The position numbers and the translations under genes were made by a program. From Diplonema japonicum (Eukaryota; Protista; Euglenozoa: Diplonemea), in assembly GCA_964019335.1 (NCBI GenBank), contig OZ025735.1, forward strand, positions 345,586-409,585: a stretch of DNA of 64,000 nt, in the 5' to 3' direction. Under the pieces are notes generated by a model. The model searched no databases. It worked only from the letters and a program-made list of their open reading frames with translations, and was not told where the DNA came from. Positions 46,307-57,660 of the stretch are shown here, one piece after another (positions within the stretch are counted from its first letter, which is position 1; every line of letters begins with the position of its first letter).

Positions 46307-48792
46307 ATGGAGGACCGCAGGAGTGCACACCTCGCGGCCTTCTCGGCCTTCGACACAGATGGGAGCGGGCAGATCTCGACGGTGGACATCCACACTGCTT
46401 TGGGCATGTGCGACGATCTCGCTGAAGTGGAGCTAACGGAAGAGGACACCAGGTGGGGGATGAGGCGGCATGGTGTGGCGATGGGGGGCATGATGTCCTT
46501 CATGCAGTTCACTGGAGTTGCGGAGGCACTGTACAAGAGGAAGGTTGAGCCAAAGGTCGTAGAGAAAAACCGAATCGCAAGAATAAGAGAAGAGCGTGAC
46601 CAGGTTCAGGTCCAGGCCCCTGTGCCTAGGATGTCCCACGCAGACGACCTTGTGGCAAAGGCCTTCTACGCCTTCGACCCCCGGAACACAGGTGAGGTAA
46701 ATGGGGCAGAGCTTTCACGGATGCTGCAGGCGTCCAAGATACAGAATGTCAGGGTTGCATCGATCCAGACGGCGCTGGCACACATGGGGAAGAGTAGGAC
46801 AGAGGTGTTTAGTTTGATGGAGTTCCGTGCGCTGCATGGCATTGTGCTGGCTGATATGAGCGCAGAGAAGCAGACCCGTGTCGTGCCGCCCATGGAGACC
46901 GTGAAGCCTGCCTCGATCCCATCCAAGACGCTGTCCCTCCCAGCCCCCACGTCTGCACTTGTCTTCCTCTCGACACAGCAGAACCTCCCCCTTGACCTTC
47001 CCCCGCCTGTCGACGGTTCGCAGATCCTCACAACCCCCCTGGGCTCTGTCCCAAGCTCGACACACACGAAGATTCCCCTTGCACAGGACAACCCGCCAAG
47101 CACGTTGCCCTCCTATCCCAAGATGCCTAAGGTATGGTTGAACAAGATTTTCCACACAACACAACATGACAGCCCACGCAGCAGCCGGTAGGCAACCTGC
47201 CGTCTTTGAAACGCGTGCCAACACCGCAGTTCGCAAGCACGAATGGGATGGGGGAGGTCTCCGCAATGCCGCAGCCGACGCAGACCAGCAGGGTCGAGCA
47301 GCTAGCTGTGCCGCCCGTCTCGCCGGCACAGCTAGCTGTGCCGCCCGTCTCGCCAGCGACGGAGATCGCCCCCCCACAGTACGACCACATCGTGAATACA
47401 CCGGACCCGCCGACTGCAAGGCACGTACCACCTCAATATCTGAACGAGGTTCAGGCAGCGGCCCATCAACAACAGTCGGTGAACAGTATGCCGTCTTACT
47501 ACCCTGTGCAGCCGCATGCTACACCCAACCTGCCGAAGGAGCATAGATCTGATGTCGACGATCTGTCCCTGCGGGAGGTACGGGTCATCGGTGACGAGAC
47601 AAGACTGCGTGCGTCGATCGAAGCGCACCCTCACATCAAGGGCTGGAATGAAGACTACGCAAGGCACGTAGGAGCAAGGGGTATCGTGCTGCGCGACATG
47701 CCGAAGAAGAACGCGATGGGCGTGCGGTTCAACGACGGCAAGGTGGCATGGTACCCTTCGAACTGCGTTATAGAATACGACGCGTCTCAGCCTGACCCGA
47801 CGCCACCGTCGATCAAGGTCCCGGAGCCCATGCGGAGCGTGGGACCGAGGGACATCACCCTCGACAGGTTGTTCGGGGGTGTTATAAGCCCTAGCTCAAT
47901 GATGAGCTGGGTATCGGACGATGGCCCACCACGGCCGCAACAACCCGTTCACCAGCATCACCTAGAGCATGCTGCCATCCACTGCCCTGTTGTCGCAGTC
48001 GACGAAGAAGGCGACGACGTTCCGTTCACAGGGGAGAAGAACAAATCCCCTGAAAAGGTGGACCTCATGTCATACGGGGAGTTCCATGCTCCGAACACAA
48101 TCACTGACACGTCCCTCCCAGAAGGGTCCTACGCCACCAGATACTGCCCGCCTCCTAGGGGGAACTACAAGCCGCCTACAGTACCCAAGTACGACATAAC
48201 AGAATTGGACGCGATCTACCCATTAGGAAAGAAGAAGGTTGATGTGAAAGACAGTGAAATAAAACTGGTGTACAGTTTGTTTGACGTGGACAAGACGGGG
48301 GAGGTTAAGAGGAGTGAGTTGCATACGATGCTGAGGTCGTTGGGGTACACAGTCCCGAAGGCGGAGATAAACACACTGTTCTCGAGCTGTGGGAAGTCTG
48401 CGAAGGGTGGAATGGTGTTCAATGAGTTCTCAATGCATGCCCACGACGTCGCGAAGAAGCACAAAAGGAACAAAAAGATCGTTGACGTCACGCAGATAAG
48501 GTCTGGTCTTGATAGGGACTTCCCCCTTCCCTCCGGTACCGAAGATCTCAGGACCCTCTTCTTCATGTTTGACGATTCGGAAGAAGGCGTCCTCACACGG
48601 AATCAACTCACCATCTGCCTCAACACCCTTGGTCTTGAGGACACCCACGAGGTCGATGTGTTCCTCGAGGTCGACAGGATATTCTCTAACCCTAACGTGC
48701 GTAGGGACGACACTACGATTAACTTAGAAGGCTTCATCAGACTGGTCAGACAGCTGCAGGCAAACAAATTTGCAGCGAAGAAGCTTGGTTGA
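46307..48792 (+). CDS. EF-hand protein with central Pro-rich linker and Mind-bomb-type SH3-like repeat; intron 47132-47172
   Basis: EF-hands FDTDGSGQI, FDPRNTGEV, FDVDKTGEV, FDDSEEGVL; VRVIGDE...GWNEDYARHVGARGIV...WYPSNCV. Confidence 0.8.
47299..47358 (+). repeat. 30-nt coding tandem duplication (QLAVPPVSPA x2)
   Basis: CAGCTAGCTGTGCCGCCCGTCTCGCC repeated with 30-nt period. Confidence 0.9.
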
Positions 48793-49083
48793 GCTGAGGG
48801 GCAAAACTCTTTTTTTTTTTTTACCTTCTCCTGTACAAGAAAAAAAAAAATGTTGTAAATTCTTTTTGTGTTTTTATTAAATTATTGTGTTTGGCAGTCT
48901 TTTTTACGGGGAAGGGGCTGGATGTCCTGATGGAATAGAATTTCAGCCCACAACCTTAACGAGAGCCCATACGGAATTTTTGCGCTTTTCTTTTTTTGAG
49001 AAATCCAGTATTTTCACAGGAAAAGGCCCGGAGAGGGAAAGGGGGAGGAGAGGAGGAAGAGAAAAAAGAAAAAAGAAAAGAAA

Positions 49084-50873
49084 ATGTCAACAATATCCCG
49101 CCGGTACAGCGCGCTGAAGTACGCGAAGTACAACCTTTACGACCCAAAGCGGTTTGACAACGAGCTCCCTCAGCATTGGCTGCTGTCGAAGCCGCCTGTG
49201 AATGTCGACGGGAACAAGTTTGTGGAAATAAATCTGAACAGCGATGACACGTTGCTGCTGTTGCGACAGAGCAGGCTTTTCAACGTACGGCAAGAGGCTT
49301 TGCAAGAAGCCAAGGCCATGCAGCTGAAACTCCTCGAGGACATGGAGAAGAATGACGAGATTCAAAAAGTCCCGCAAAAATGGGAAGGATACCTCAACGA
49401 CCTCAAGCGCGGGTCGCAGTCCCAAGCGGAGAAGGAATACCTGCAGCTCTCACGGTGGAAGGTCAGGACAGAGGAACGAAAACCGGAACGAGACGTTCTC
49501 CCGTATGACTACCTATGGGTTGCCCACGCCATGAAGAGCAAGGTTTGCACAATTGAAAGCCATGCGAAACAATATTTCCCCCTTCATTCTGTGATCCAAG
49601 GGATCAAAATACTTGCCGACAAACTGCTCGGAATCAAGGAGCCGCCCAAGGACGAGGACTGGTACGTAAGTCTCTGCCCATGGTTCACTTATGAGGAGGT
49701 TGTGAAGGGTTATCCCCGGACTCTAACACCCGTACAGGCATGGCAGATGTTCCGTCATGCGGGGCACAAGCTCGCCCTCACCCTCAAAGAAGAGAACCCG
49801 AACTCTCTCATTACATCGGCAGATCTCTACGGGCAGCTCTTCGAGAGGTTCGCTTCGAACCCCACCTTCATGGGCACCTACACCAACCACTGGTCGCGTG
49901 TCGAACTGCTCCCCTCTGCGTCTCAACAACCCCTCCCTCCTAAGTACGCAAGCCTCCTTGCAAAGTCTTATCGCAACATGCCTGCATTCCGAGTCCAGCA
50001 GGCATGGTGGTACGCCCAGCCGGATAAGCTGAAGGATGAAGTGCTTGAAGAGGGTATCTACTTCTATCCAGTCCCGTCCGTGAGGCATACTTTAAAGTGC
50101 GGTGTGCCTGCGTTGAAGGGGATCATGGCGGAGCTGGCAGCGTCTATGTTGTGGCATCACTTGGCGGACGATGGTGACATCGATATGTATGTTGAAGAAA
50201 AAAAAGAAAAAAAGAAGAAATAATAATTTTAACATGAACAGAAACGACGAGTTGTTTGAACAGCTGTCGATGGCGGTTGAAGAGGTGGAAGAGTCGGAAG
50301 ATGCGATGGAGAAGATCATGATGGAGCTGAGGGGTGCCGAGTCCCCGCTGCTAGCAGCGCCGGACTTGACGCGCATGTCGCCAGTGTTCCCGAACCAGTT
50401 CTACGATGAGACGTACAGGCCGATTATGAGGTACGAAATAGACCACGCAGCATCAGAGGGCTTGGAGCTTCCACCGTGGTACACAAGAAGGAGGAGGGAA
50501 CTGGCGATGGGTCCCAACGCAGCAGCAGTACCTGACTTGGGTGTCAGCGCTACTGGTGAGCTCTTCGACTTCGATGAGGAGCTCGCTGCAGAGGAAGAAC
50601 TTCGCTCTGCAGAGGAACGCAAGGCCGCAGAAGAGCAGGCACGCCTCGCAGCCGAAGCAGAGGCCGCAGCCAACGTCGAACTGGACGCAATGGAAAACCC
50701 CGACCTCACCCTCGGCGAACGACTCCGCATGGCCCAGCTTGAAAACGCCATCACCACCAAGAACGACAAAGCTATGCAGAACGTCCTCCTCGACCAGGCC
50801 AGTTCAGAGAGAGATGTATGTACAACACAAAAAAAAAAGGGGGGGAGGGAGAAATAATTCACCACAGAATTAA
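49084..50873 (+). CDS. degenerate M3 metallopeptidase-like protein, probably mitochondrial; intron 50187-50241 and probable terminal intron 50816-50867
   Basis: QYFPLHSVIQGI..LADKLLGI, QMFRHAGH at the FHE.GH position, QLFERF...Y..HW; Arg/Ser-rich N-terminus. Confidence 0.65.
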
Positions 50874-51124
50874 GAACCTGGATTGAGAAAAAAAAAAAAG
50901 GCAGGTTAGTGTACAAAAGAGGGGGGAGGGAAGAAAAAAAAAACGAGAGAAAAAGAAAGGATCAACCAAGTGTTTTTTCCCCCCCACCCCCTTTTCCCTT
51001 CTCCCTTGTCCCTCTTTCTTTTCTATTCGGGTAAAGGTCATCTGAACTAATTTTCGTATTGTACATGTAGCGACCCATTCCAAGGGCGGTGACAACAATA
51101 AAATAATTTAAAAAAAAGAAAATA

Positions 51125-53197
51125 ATGTACGATTTGTCGCGGAAGAGGCGTGTGAAGGTGAACCAGTTCAACCCATTCCACCCTGCGGAGGGCGGGCCGC
51201 CGAAATTCGTGACGGTAGGGGGGTGGCAGAAAAAGATACGAAAACAGCTTCCAGTGTTAAAGGGAAAGGAAGGGAGCGCCATGGAGGGGTTTAGGAAAAT
51301 AGGGCTGTCATGCGAAGGGGAGATACCAGAGGGAACACAACGAAGCCTGTACACACAATGGACTGATGCATACAATTGGGAAGCAGGCGGTTTCAACAGC
51401 ACAGGCCTGTGGGCCGAAGTGGTTGTCGCGCAAGCGTTCAACGCCACGGCCCACCTTCCATCACCGTGCCCTTTACGAACGGCTGTTTGCTGCTTCTTGC
51501 TGACGAAAATATGCAACTCGTTCGGAACTCTCCGCCCTATTCTTAACATCATAATTAACGAGATTTTCAACGCCCTCTATGTGGAGCACAGCGTGGACCT
51601 GGCAAAGCCTTTTCGCGGAGGTGCTGCTGGCAACGGATCGGCTCAAACAACTCCATCTCTCGAACATCTCCCTTCGCCGCAACCTTCCTTCATGAGCTTC
51701 ACCCCATACACAACCCAATTAAATACCTGCAAGAATGACAGTAAACAACTCCGCAAAGCACTGGAAGATGTAGACCGTCCACACCAAGACGTCACAGCGA
51801 TTCTCGCGCTGCAGGATGAGATCGTCGACCTGCGGAGAATGCTGGTATCCTGTTATTTCAAAGCGTGGAAGAAGGAGACGACACAACAAAGCTCGAACAT
51901 AGTCGGCGTCATGCAAGCAGCGAAAAACCGCAATGTCCTTGGAAAGTGCTTTCGACGGTGGAGACGTACAGTGAGGTACAACAAGACCATCGAGGAGACC
52001 AAGCGGATGAAACGCCTTGGGATCAAACAGGTCGTCAATGACTCCAGCGAGTCTGAACCGGACTCGCCCACAAGCAAAGACGACCTCCCACAGGTGTGCA
52101 TCGTGAACGTGTCTGGTGCACTTGACGGCAGCAAATGGATTGGCGCCACCGGCGAGCTTTCCAAAACATCCAGTAATAAAGCTATTGTGAAATTCCCCAC
52201 TGGTGACATCGTGTGCTTCCCGATAACTTGCGTAGAGTACATCCTCAAGGAGAACCTTCAGACGAGTGACCTGCTCATGGAAGCCACCGACGACTTCTAC
52301 TCCGCCATCGAGCCCGGGTTCCTGCTGACGTGGATCAACAACGAGCTGCAAACCATCGAAACCTCCACAAAGATCAATCAAAGATCTATCGCCACCTTCT
52401 CGGAACTTCGTTCATGTGAAGCCTTCACCGCTGTCACTCTGTTCATGACCGATGGGGCAGACGAGATCGAATCTGTGCCCATGTGGTCGCCAATGGAGCG
52501 GGCAGGGAGGTTGAAAGATATCCTTCCTGATGGGTTTGCTTGCTGGGTCGACCCGTCATTCCTCACCTCTGCTAATGAGGCGTTCTTGATACTATTCATT
52601 CTTGCTTTGTTCGGTCATTGGGTCGCGGTGACCGGCGAGAAATGCACACCCGTTCTGATCAAACTGCTCGAGTTTAAACCCAGTCCGAGCGAGCTTGTTG
52701 ACAGAGTGAGCCGTCTTGTGTGGGGTCATGTCAAAGACACTCCCGAGCACTGTATTAAGTACCAAAGAAAAACGAACATAGACGAGTTCAGAATGGCGTT
52801 GCTAACATCTTGTGTGAGGGACAAGATCAAGCCTCTTCAGAATGATGTTTTCAGTCTTTTTGCGAGCGTAACTGGCAGCATTGATTCGGATATGCACATC
52901 AGCATGTTCTGCATTCACCTTGAGCGCATTGGTGTTGTCCCGAAGCTTCTCTGCCGTGAAGATGCGCACCTCGCCTTCTACTACTCGCAAGGACCGGCCA
53001 CCTCCGATGGTGCTGTGGAGGACGACAACACCCTGGATGCATACGAGTATTTTGATGCGCTTTGCAACCTCCTTCTCTGGGCGCGGCCAACCGCCCTGCA
53101 ACCCACCTCCCCAAGATCCCCTGTTGGAAACACTGCCTTAGCGCAAGACATCTATCTGTTCCTCTCCACTGTCTTTTTCAAGGCCAGCGTACAATAG
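51125..53197 (+). CDS. hypothetical protein with possible calponin-homology-like segment
   Basis: 690-aa intronless ORF; LLTWINNEL...[13 protein letters not shown] resembles a CH domain. Confidence 0.7.
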   Translation: MYDLSRKRRVKVNQFNPFHPAEGGPPKFVTVGGWQKKIRKQLPVLKGKEGSAMEGFRKIGLSCEGEIPEGTQRSLYTQWTDAYNWEAGGFNSTGLWAEVVVAQAFNATAHLPSPCPLRTAVCCFLLTKICNSFGTLRPILNIIINEIFNALYVEHSVDLAKPFRGGAAGNGSAQTTPSLEHLPSPQPSFMSFTPYTTQLNTCKNDSKQLRKALEDVDRPHQDVTAILALQDEIVDLRRMLVSCYFKAWKKETTQQSSNIVGVMQAAKNRNVLGKCFRRWRRTVRYNKTIEETKRMKRLGIKQVVNDSSESEPDSPTSKDDLPQVCIVNVSGALDGSKWIGATGELSKTSSNKAIVKFPTGDIVCFPITCVEYILKENLQTSDLLMEATDDFYSAIEPGFLLTWINNELQTIETSTKINQRSIATFSELRSCEAFTAVTLFMTDGADEIESVPMWSPMERAGRLKDILPDGFACWVDPSFLTSANEAFLILFILALFGHWVAVTGEKCTPVLIKLLEFKPSPSELVDRVSRLVWGHVKDTPEHCIKYQRKTNIDEFRMALLTSCVRDKIKPLQNDVFSLFASVTGSIDSDMHISMFCIHLERIGVVPKLLCREDAHLAFYYSQGPATSDGAVEDDNTLDAYEYFDALCNLLLWARPTALQPTSPRSPVGNTALAQDIYLFLSTVFFKASVQ

Positions 53198-53376
53198 ACC
53201 AACAAGAGAAAAAAAGAAAACTTTACAGTTTGCTTTGTTTTTTTTTTTTGTTTTCCAGTAGTGTATTTCTTTGTTTTTTTTTTTCTCCTTCATTTCCTGC
53301 AAAGAAGAAAGAAAAAGAAAGGGGGAGGAAAGGGGAAGGGGTAGGGAAGAAGAAGAAAAAAAAAAGAAGAAAAGCG

Positions 53377-53903
53377 ATGTCCGAGCTGAAGGAGAAGATT
53401 AAAAAGATCCCGCTGCTGAAGACGAGCGCGGGACCGAGGGACGGGGAGCAGTGGGTGCAGAGGCTGAAGGAAGAGTATGAGAGCTTGATAACTTATGTGG
53501 AGGCAAACAAAGAAGCAGACGCGCACTGGTTCAATTTGGAGAGCAATGCAGCAGGAACCCGGTGGTTCGGCACGGTGTGGTACTACCATGAGCAAGTATG
53601 CGGTTAGCCATGTCAAATATTTAAAAAAAAAAAAAGGTGAAATACGAATTTGACCTCGAGTTCGACATACCAGTTACATACCCTCAGAACCCCCCGGAGC
53701 TTGCCCTGCCGCAGCTGGACGGAAAAACCTTGAAGATGTACCGAGGGGGGAAGATCTGCCTCACGGTGCACTTCCACCCGCTGTGGACGAGAAATGTTCC
53801 GAAATTCGGGATCGCGCACGCGATGGCGCTCGGGATGGGCCCGTGGCTGGCCGCTGAGGTCCCGCACATGGTGAGAGAAGGGTACTTGAAACCCCCCGCA
53901 TGA
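53377..53903 (+). CDS. UFC1: UFM1-conjugating enzyme 1; intron 53596-53636
   Basis: [67 protein letters not shown]. Confidence 0.97.
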
Positions 53904-53962
53904 TTTCTTTCTTTCTCTATTTTCTTTTCACCATTCCTTTGCCTTTCAACCCTTCCAGTCCA

Positions 53963-54634
53963 ATGGACGATGACTCGCCTGCGGGGTGCCGCGTGTCGTT
54001 GGAGAGCACTCGGGAACAGCATTACAACGAAGAAAGGGACGAGTCCCCAAAGCGAGGCACCGAGGGGTACCTACCAGAAACTGCGTGGAGGGAACGAGCT
54101 GAGTTGATTAAAGGCGTGCGTGCCGCTGGAGATGCCTTTAGCAGACCCTGCATGGCAGCACCGCAGGCCAACCATATCCCGGATGGTCTAAATATTTACG
54201 ATCCGGCTGCAGTGCAGAAATATGTGGAGAGGGCGTTAGGTCCTTTGAAGCCAATAGTGATGGAGCACCGGGAGGGAGAAGAGCTTGAAATTGAAAAGGA
54301 AAATCTGATAAAGGAAACCCGGGAAGCGAAGGCAACGCAACAACGCCTCCGCGGGCAGCTTGAGGCAGTGCGCGCCACCCTTAGAGATCTTACCATCGAG
54401 AAGAGAACGTCCGACAAACGGTTCCAGCACATGCTGCAACAGGCAGAGCTCGCCAAGGACGAAGTCGCAAGGGATGCACACGACGCCGTTGCCTATGAAC
54501 TGGAAATCCGCGAAAAACTCGAACATTTCCGGCACCGAAACGCAGAGCTGCGAGACCTCGCGCTCGAGAAACGGCAGCGAAAAAAAGAACGGGAAAAACA
54601 CCGCCTCATGAAACGGAGGAACGTCGTGAACTGA
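53963..54634 (+). CDS. hypothetical coiled-coil protein
   Basis: ATG after pyrimidine tract and CAG; charged heptad C-terminal half. Confidence 0.7.
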   Translation: MDDDSPAGCRVSLESTREQHYNEERDESPKRGTEGYLPETAWRERAELIKGVRAAGDAFSRPCMAAPQANHIPDGLNIYDPAAVQKYVERALGPLKPIVMEHREGEELEIEKENLIKETREAKATQQRLRGQLEAVRATLRDLTIEKRTSDKRFQHMLQQAELAKDEVARDAHDAVAYELEIREKLEHFRHRNAELRDLALEKRQRKKEREKHRLMKRRNVVN

Positions 54635-54636
54635 AA

Positions 54637-54676
<40 letters not shown>

Positions 54677-54783
54677 GTTGTTTCTTTTTCACATAATGTA
54701 CAGTTTTTTTTTTTTTTTTTTTCACCCGCTTTTCCCCTCGTTTTTTTTTTTTTTTTTTTTTTCCAGCCTCCCTCCCAGAAAAA

Positions 54784-55626
54784 ATGAAATTCCTTCTGAA
54801 ACGAGAAGCGTTCTTCCGCGGCCGCATCGAGGCAGAGGCCCGGGTAGTGATGAATTCAGCGGCGGCAGAGCAACTACTCTTCGCCGCAAGACGCTGCGAA
54901 CAAAGAGTGGCCGAGATGGGCCGGCACATGAACGGCATGCAAGACAAGGTTATCGACGTAAAGGAACGACACCGCAACATGCTGCAAAACCACAAAAACG
55001 AAGCGAGCAACCTACAAAAGACCGAAGAAGCCTGCAGAGAGGTGCACTACCCCATGCACACACTATTCCTGGAATGGGTCAAGGGGTGGGTCGAGCTAAA
55101 CGAACGGTCTAAGAAGAGCATCGATAACGCCAAGAGATTAGAAACCCGACGCAGATCGGGCATGGTCGCACCATTAAAGGCGTATCAATCCACAGCAAGG
55201 CTCGTCATGCTGGAGGAGATGAAGGAAAGACGCGGGTTGATGAAAACAGAGATCTTCGAAGTCCAAGAATTGTACTTGAGGATCCAAAAATGGGTACTTC
55301 AAATACAGGCATGTGAGAGCGCCCGCTCACAATGTTTAAGCGAAGCATATTCCCTCCACACCACCGAATTAGAGCATGGTGAGAACGCTGCCCGCCATGC
55401 CGTCTCAAGGTCTGAAGTGTATGCCAGAAATTTCTTCAACCGCCAGATTGTTGCCCTCCCTGTCCTTTCTACTGTTCTTCCTACTCGGCCTCAACCTAAA
55501 CAGAAGCTTGCCCCCCGCCCTGTTCGCCGCCTGCACTCTATCCCAACATGGGTAGTCACCAAACATCGTTCTGCGATGGAAGACAGCCAATTCTTCTTCC
55601 CGATCTTAACAGTAGATGGGAAGTGA
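54784..55626 (+). CDS. hypothetical coiled-coil protein
   Basis: 280-aa ORF downstream of T-tract and CAG. Confidence 0.7.
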   Translation: MKFLLKREAFFRGRIEAEARVVMNSAAAEQLLFAARRCEQRVAEMGRHMNGMQDKVIDVKERHRNMLQNHKNEASNLQKTEEACREVHYPMHTLFLEWVKGWVELNERSKKSIDNAKRLETRRRSGMVAPLKAYQSTARLVMLEEMKERRGLMKTEIFEVQELYLRIQKWVLQIQACESARSQCLSEAYSLHTTELEHGENAARHAVSRSEVYARNFFNRQIVALPVLSTVLPTRPQPKQKLAPRPVRRLHSIPTWVVTKHRSAMEDSQFFFPILTVDGK

Positions 55627-55879
55627 CAGTGCAAAAAGAAAAAAAAAAGAGGGGAAGGGAAGGGGGTGTGTGGACAGTTTACACTGTTTTCACCCTCCCC
55701 CACTCCCTTTTTTTTTTTTGTCCTCCCTTGCCTTGCCCAGTAAATTTAAAAAAAAAAAAAAGTAGAGTTAACATAATTTTTCTTTCCTTTTTTTTTTTTA
55801 AAGTATTTCCATTTCTCCTCCCGGTTTTCTGCTCTTTTTACCGCGTTTTTTTTTTTTTTTTTTTTTCCAGCTTTTCCAG

Positions 55880-56710
55880 ATGTCCGCCTCGGGGACGGAA
55901 TCCGAAGCATCAGAACATGATGAACAAATAGATGAGCCGACGGAGAAGGTTGTGAAGCGCGTAGCAGTGGTGGTACCTGAAAAGGAGACGATAATGCTAC
56001 CGACCGTGCGTGTGAGGATAAGGCGGCCGCTGGTGAGGGGGGCTCATAATAAAGTATTTGAAAACGTTCTGAGCACAAAACCAAGCGCACCCGCAGCATC
56101 CTTCGGCTCACGCCACAGCGTGCGCCAAAGCGAGGACACACCAGGACCCGGGAGCTACAACACCGACCTAGTTCAATCATTTAAATCCCCAAGGTTCATA
56201 AAACCACCAAAAAGGCTAACCCGAATGAGCTCAGTCCCAGGCCCAGGGGCATACTGCTTAGATAATGTTGGTGTGAAACATGGTGTTTCTCTGTCCCCTA
56301 AGTTACCTATAAAAATTGCTCAAGATGACACCCCTGCACCGACAGCTTATAGCCTCCCAACCACATTCACACCTGCGTGCCCGGGAACGAGGTTCGCACC
56401 CCGTAATGACGGTGGGAAGAAAGTCGTGCGAATCAATAAACAGCCGCCTTTGGAAACCCCTGGTCCAGGGGCTTACAATCTCGTTGCACCGAAGCGCAGC
56501 AAGGCCGGATTTTCCTTGGGAAGGAAGTGGAAGGACGCCAAAGCAAACCAGCTGCCTGGACCCGGGTCGTACAACAGTGATGCATATTGCCTTGGAAGGG
56601 AAAAGGATAACCGTGGGTTTACGATCAAGGGGCGCTTGCCTCTTTTGGAGCCTAGGTATGGGCAAGGCCCTCCTCCAAAGTATGACGTTCGGCCGCCAGT
56701 AGTTATGTAA
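55880..56710 (+). CDS. SHIPPO-repeat (ODF3-like) protein
   Basis: TPGPGSY, VPGPGAY, TPAPTAY, TPGPGAY, LPGPGSY repeats. Confidence 0.88.
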   Translation: MSASGTESEASEHDEQIDEPTEKVVKRVAVVVPEKETIMLPTVRVRIRRPLVRGAHNKVFENVLSTKPSAPAASFGSRHSVRQSEDTPGPGSYNTDLVQSFKSPRFIKPPKRLTRMSSVPGPGAYCLDNVGVKHGVSLSPKLPIKIAQDDTPAPTAYSLPTTFTPACPGTRFAPRNDGGKKVVRINKQPPLETPGPGAYNLVAPKRSKAGFSLGRKWKDAKANQLPGPGSYNSDAYCLGREKDNRGFTIKGRLPLLEPRYGQGPPPKYDVRPPVVM

Positions 56711-56836
56711 CAGTACTTCCGTACTTGTGATTAGTTTTTTTTTTTTTTTTTCTTCTTCTTCTTTTGGTAGCTGCAATGCACACAGAAAGGGAAGGAAGAA
56801 GGAAGAAAAAGAGAGAAGAAAAAAAAAGAAATTAAA

Positions 56837-56971
56837 ATGTTCATTTTCCAGACCCCGAACACACCTAGGTCGCAAGTAGTTAGAGCAGCTACGCCGCCTC
56901 CTGCACCCCGCAAGAAGAAGGTTAGAAGGTCTGGTGATCAGGTTTGCCCTCCTGTTAGGCTAGAGTTCTAA
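56837..56971 (+). CDS. 44-aa microprotein with SIAMESE/SMR-like TP, PPAPRK and C-terminal RLxF motifs
   Basis: MFIFQTPNTPRSQVVRAATPPPAPRKKKVRRSGDQVCPPVRLEF; preceded by pyrimidine tract and TAG (56770) plus an A-rich leader, followed by an A-run like other genes. Confidence 0.6.
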   Translation: MFIFQTPNTPRSQVVRAATPPPAPRKKKVRRSGDQVCPPVRLEF

Positions 56972-57660
56972 TCGAAGAGAGGGGAAGAGAAATAAAAAAA
57001 AAAAAAAAAAAAAAGACCACACTAATTGTAAATGAATGTTATCTAAAAGGGAATCGAGCGGCAAATCTTTTGTTCGAGAAGGATAAAAAAAAAAAAAAAA
57101 AGTAAATATCCCGACTTTGCACAAAACAACGAAACTGCCAGGCCCTTTCTTTTTTTTTTTCTGTCCTTTTCTTTTTCTTTTTCTTTTTCTTTTTCCTTCT
57201 GCATTGTAAATGTACTTGTACCATCCCGCCCTTTTTCTTCTATCCTATCCTATCCTACATGACGAGAAAAGAAAAATAATAAAATATGTCACTCTACTTA
57301 ACTTAACCTTTCTTTGGTGTCCCTTCTTTTTTTTTTCTTTCTTTGTGTGCAAAAAAAAAAAAAAAAAAAAAAGAATGGACAACGTAAAATGGGAAATAAA
57401 AAGAATAACTGTCTCATAGATAGCACCCCCCCCTCCCCCTTTTTTAGGCGATCCTGTCACATACTGCAGGCTCCCTTCAAAAAAAAAAAAAGAAAACATC
57501 TTTTTAGTATTTTATCTTTTTTTTTCTCTTTCTCATGACTGACTATGTCGTTCAAAAAAAAAAGAGGGGGACATTGGAAAAGAAAATTTCTAGCCCCCCC
57601 CCTGTATTTATTTAATTTCCATACCAAAACAAAAACAAAAAAAATAAACAGGCCAACGGG

